The notes beneath the pieces are model-generated. The model worked only from the letters and a program-made list of their open reading frames with translations, was not told the DNA's origin and ran no database searches. Shown piece by piece: positions 63,701 through 64,000 of a stretch of 64,000 nt of DNA. Location of the stretch: NCBI GenBank assembly GCA_011109175.1, contig RDEW01000014.1, positions 434,001-498,000 of the forward strand, in the 5' to 3' direction. This stretch comes from Dicyema japonicum (taxonomy: Eukaryota > Animalia > Dicyemida). How positions within the stretch are numbered: position 1 is the stretch's first letter; each line of letters opens with the position of its first letter. The position numbers and the translations under genes were made by a program.

Positions 63701-64000
63701 GCTTTTATGGACTATTTTGCCTTCTCTTCTGACATCGATCGCAGAAAAAGAACTCTTACAAAACAAACATTTTTAATTTTCAAATTTAAAAAGTAGGCCG
63801 GCTAGTTATGATTATTTTATTGCTCTTAAAAATATAAAAATGTATTTAGACATTTTAAAGTAATTATCACAGTTAATAATCAATTTAATAATAATAATTA
63901 TTTTCATGCTTTTTGTACCCAAAATTTAAAAATTTTAGAGATTACTGGAGAATGTGGGAGTATTTAATATTTCAGTTAAACTTTATATTTCGTATATTAT

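Noticed and set aside
1-64000. Alternative genetic code (ciliate-like TAA/TAG readthrough), given Paramecium-sized introns
   Set aside because: Stops in reconstructed genes fall in introns, and TAA, TGA and TAG all act as terminators at homologous C-termini.
1-64000. CRISPR array, rRNA or prokaryotic operon
   Set aside because: No regularly spaced short repeats or rRNA-like sequence; the content is eukaryotic.

Overview
Eukaryotic, AT-rich genomic DNA from an animal (Frizzled, MTBP and a PROSER1-like gene are present) with an extremely compact gene architecture. Nearly every host gene is cut by many dwarf spliceosomal introns, mostly 21-25 nt, so the ORF track fragments or misses them. This style fits a reduced parasitic metazoan such as a dicyemid or myxozoan; the taxon cannot be fixed from the sequence alone. 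Hand-splicing against remembered homologues gives UBR1/2, OSBP, GTPBP1, an intronless divergent Frizzled, DDX54, a minimal PROSER1-like DUF4476 protein, a compact MTBP, RMND5, PNPLA6/NTE, RRP1, TASP1, PTPA and two or three orphan genes. Intergenic space is packed with decayed APE-type and RLE-type non-LTR retrotransposons, hAT transposase remnants, a MITE-like element and two SINE-like families. The most notable signals are: (1) dwarf introns with apparent non-canonical sites (GA-AG and GC-AG in PTPA, probable GT-TG in RMND5) and candidate 17-18 nt introns; (2) a tRNA-headed SINE with a conserved multibranch RNA core; (3) a Frizzled lacking KTxxxW and extracellular cysteines. A few 1-nt frame breaks suggest assembly indels, so non-canonical calls need RNA-seq confirmation. 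All homology calls are from recalled sequences, not database searches; repeat boundaries are approximate.
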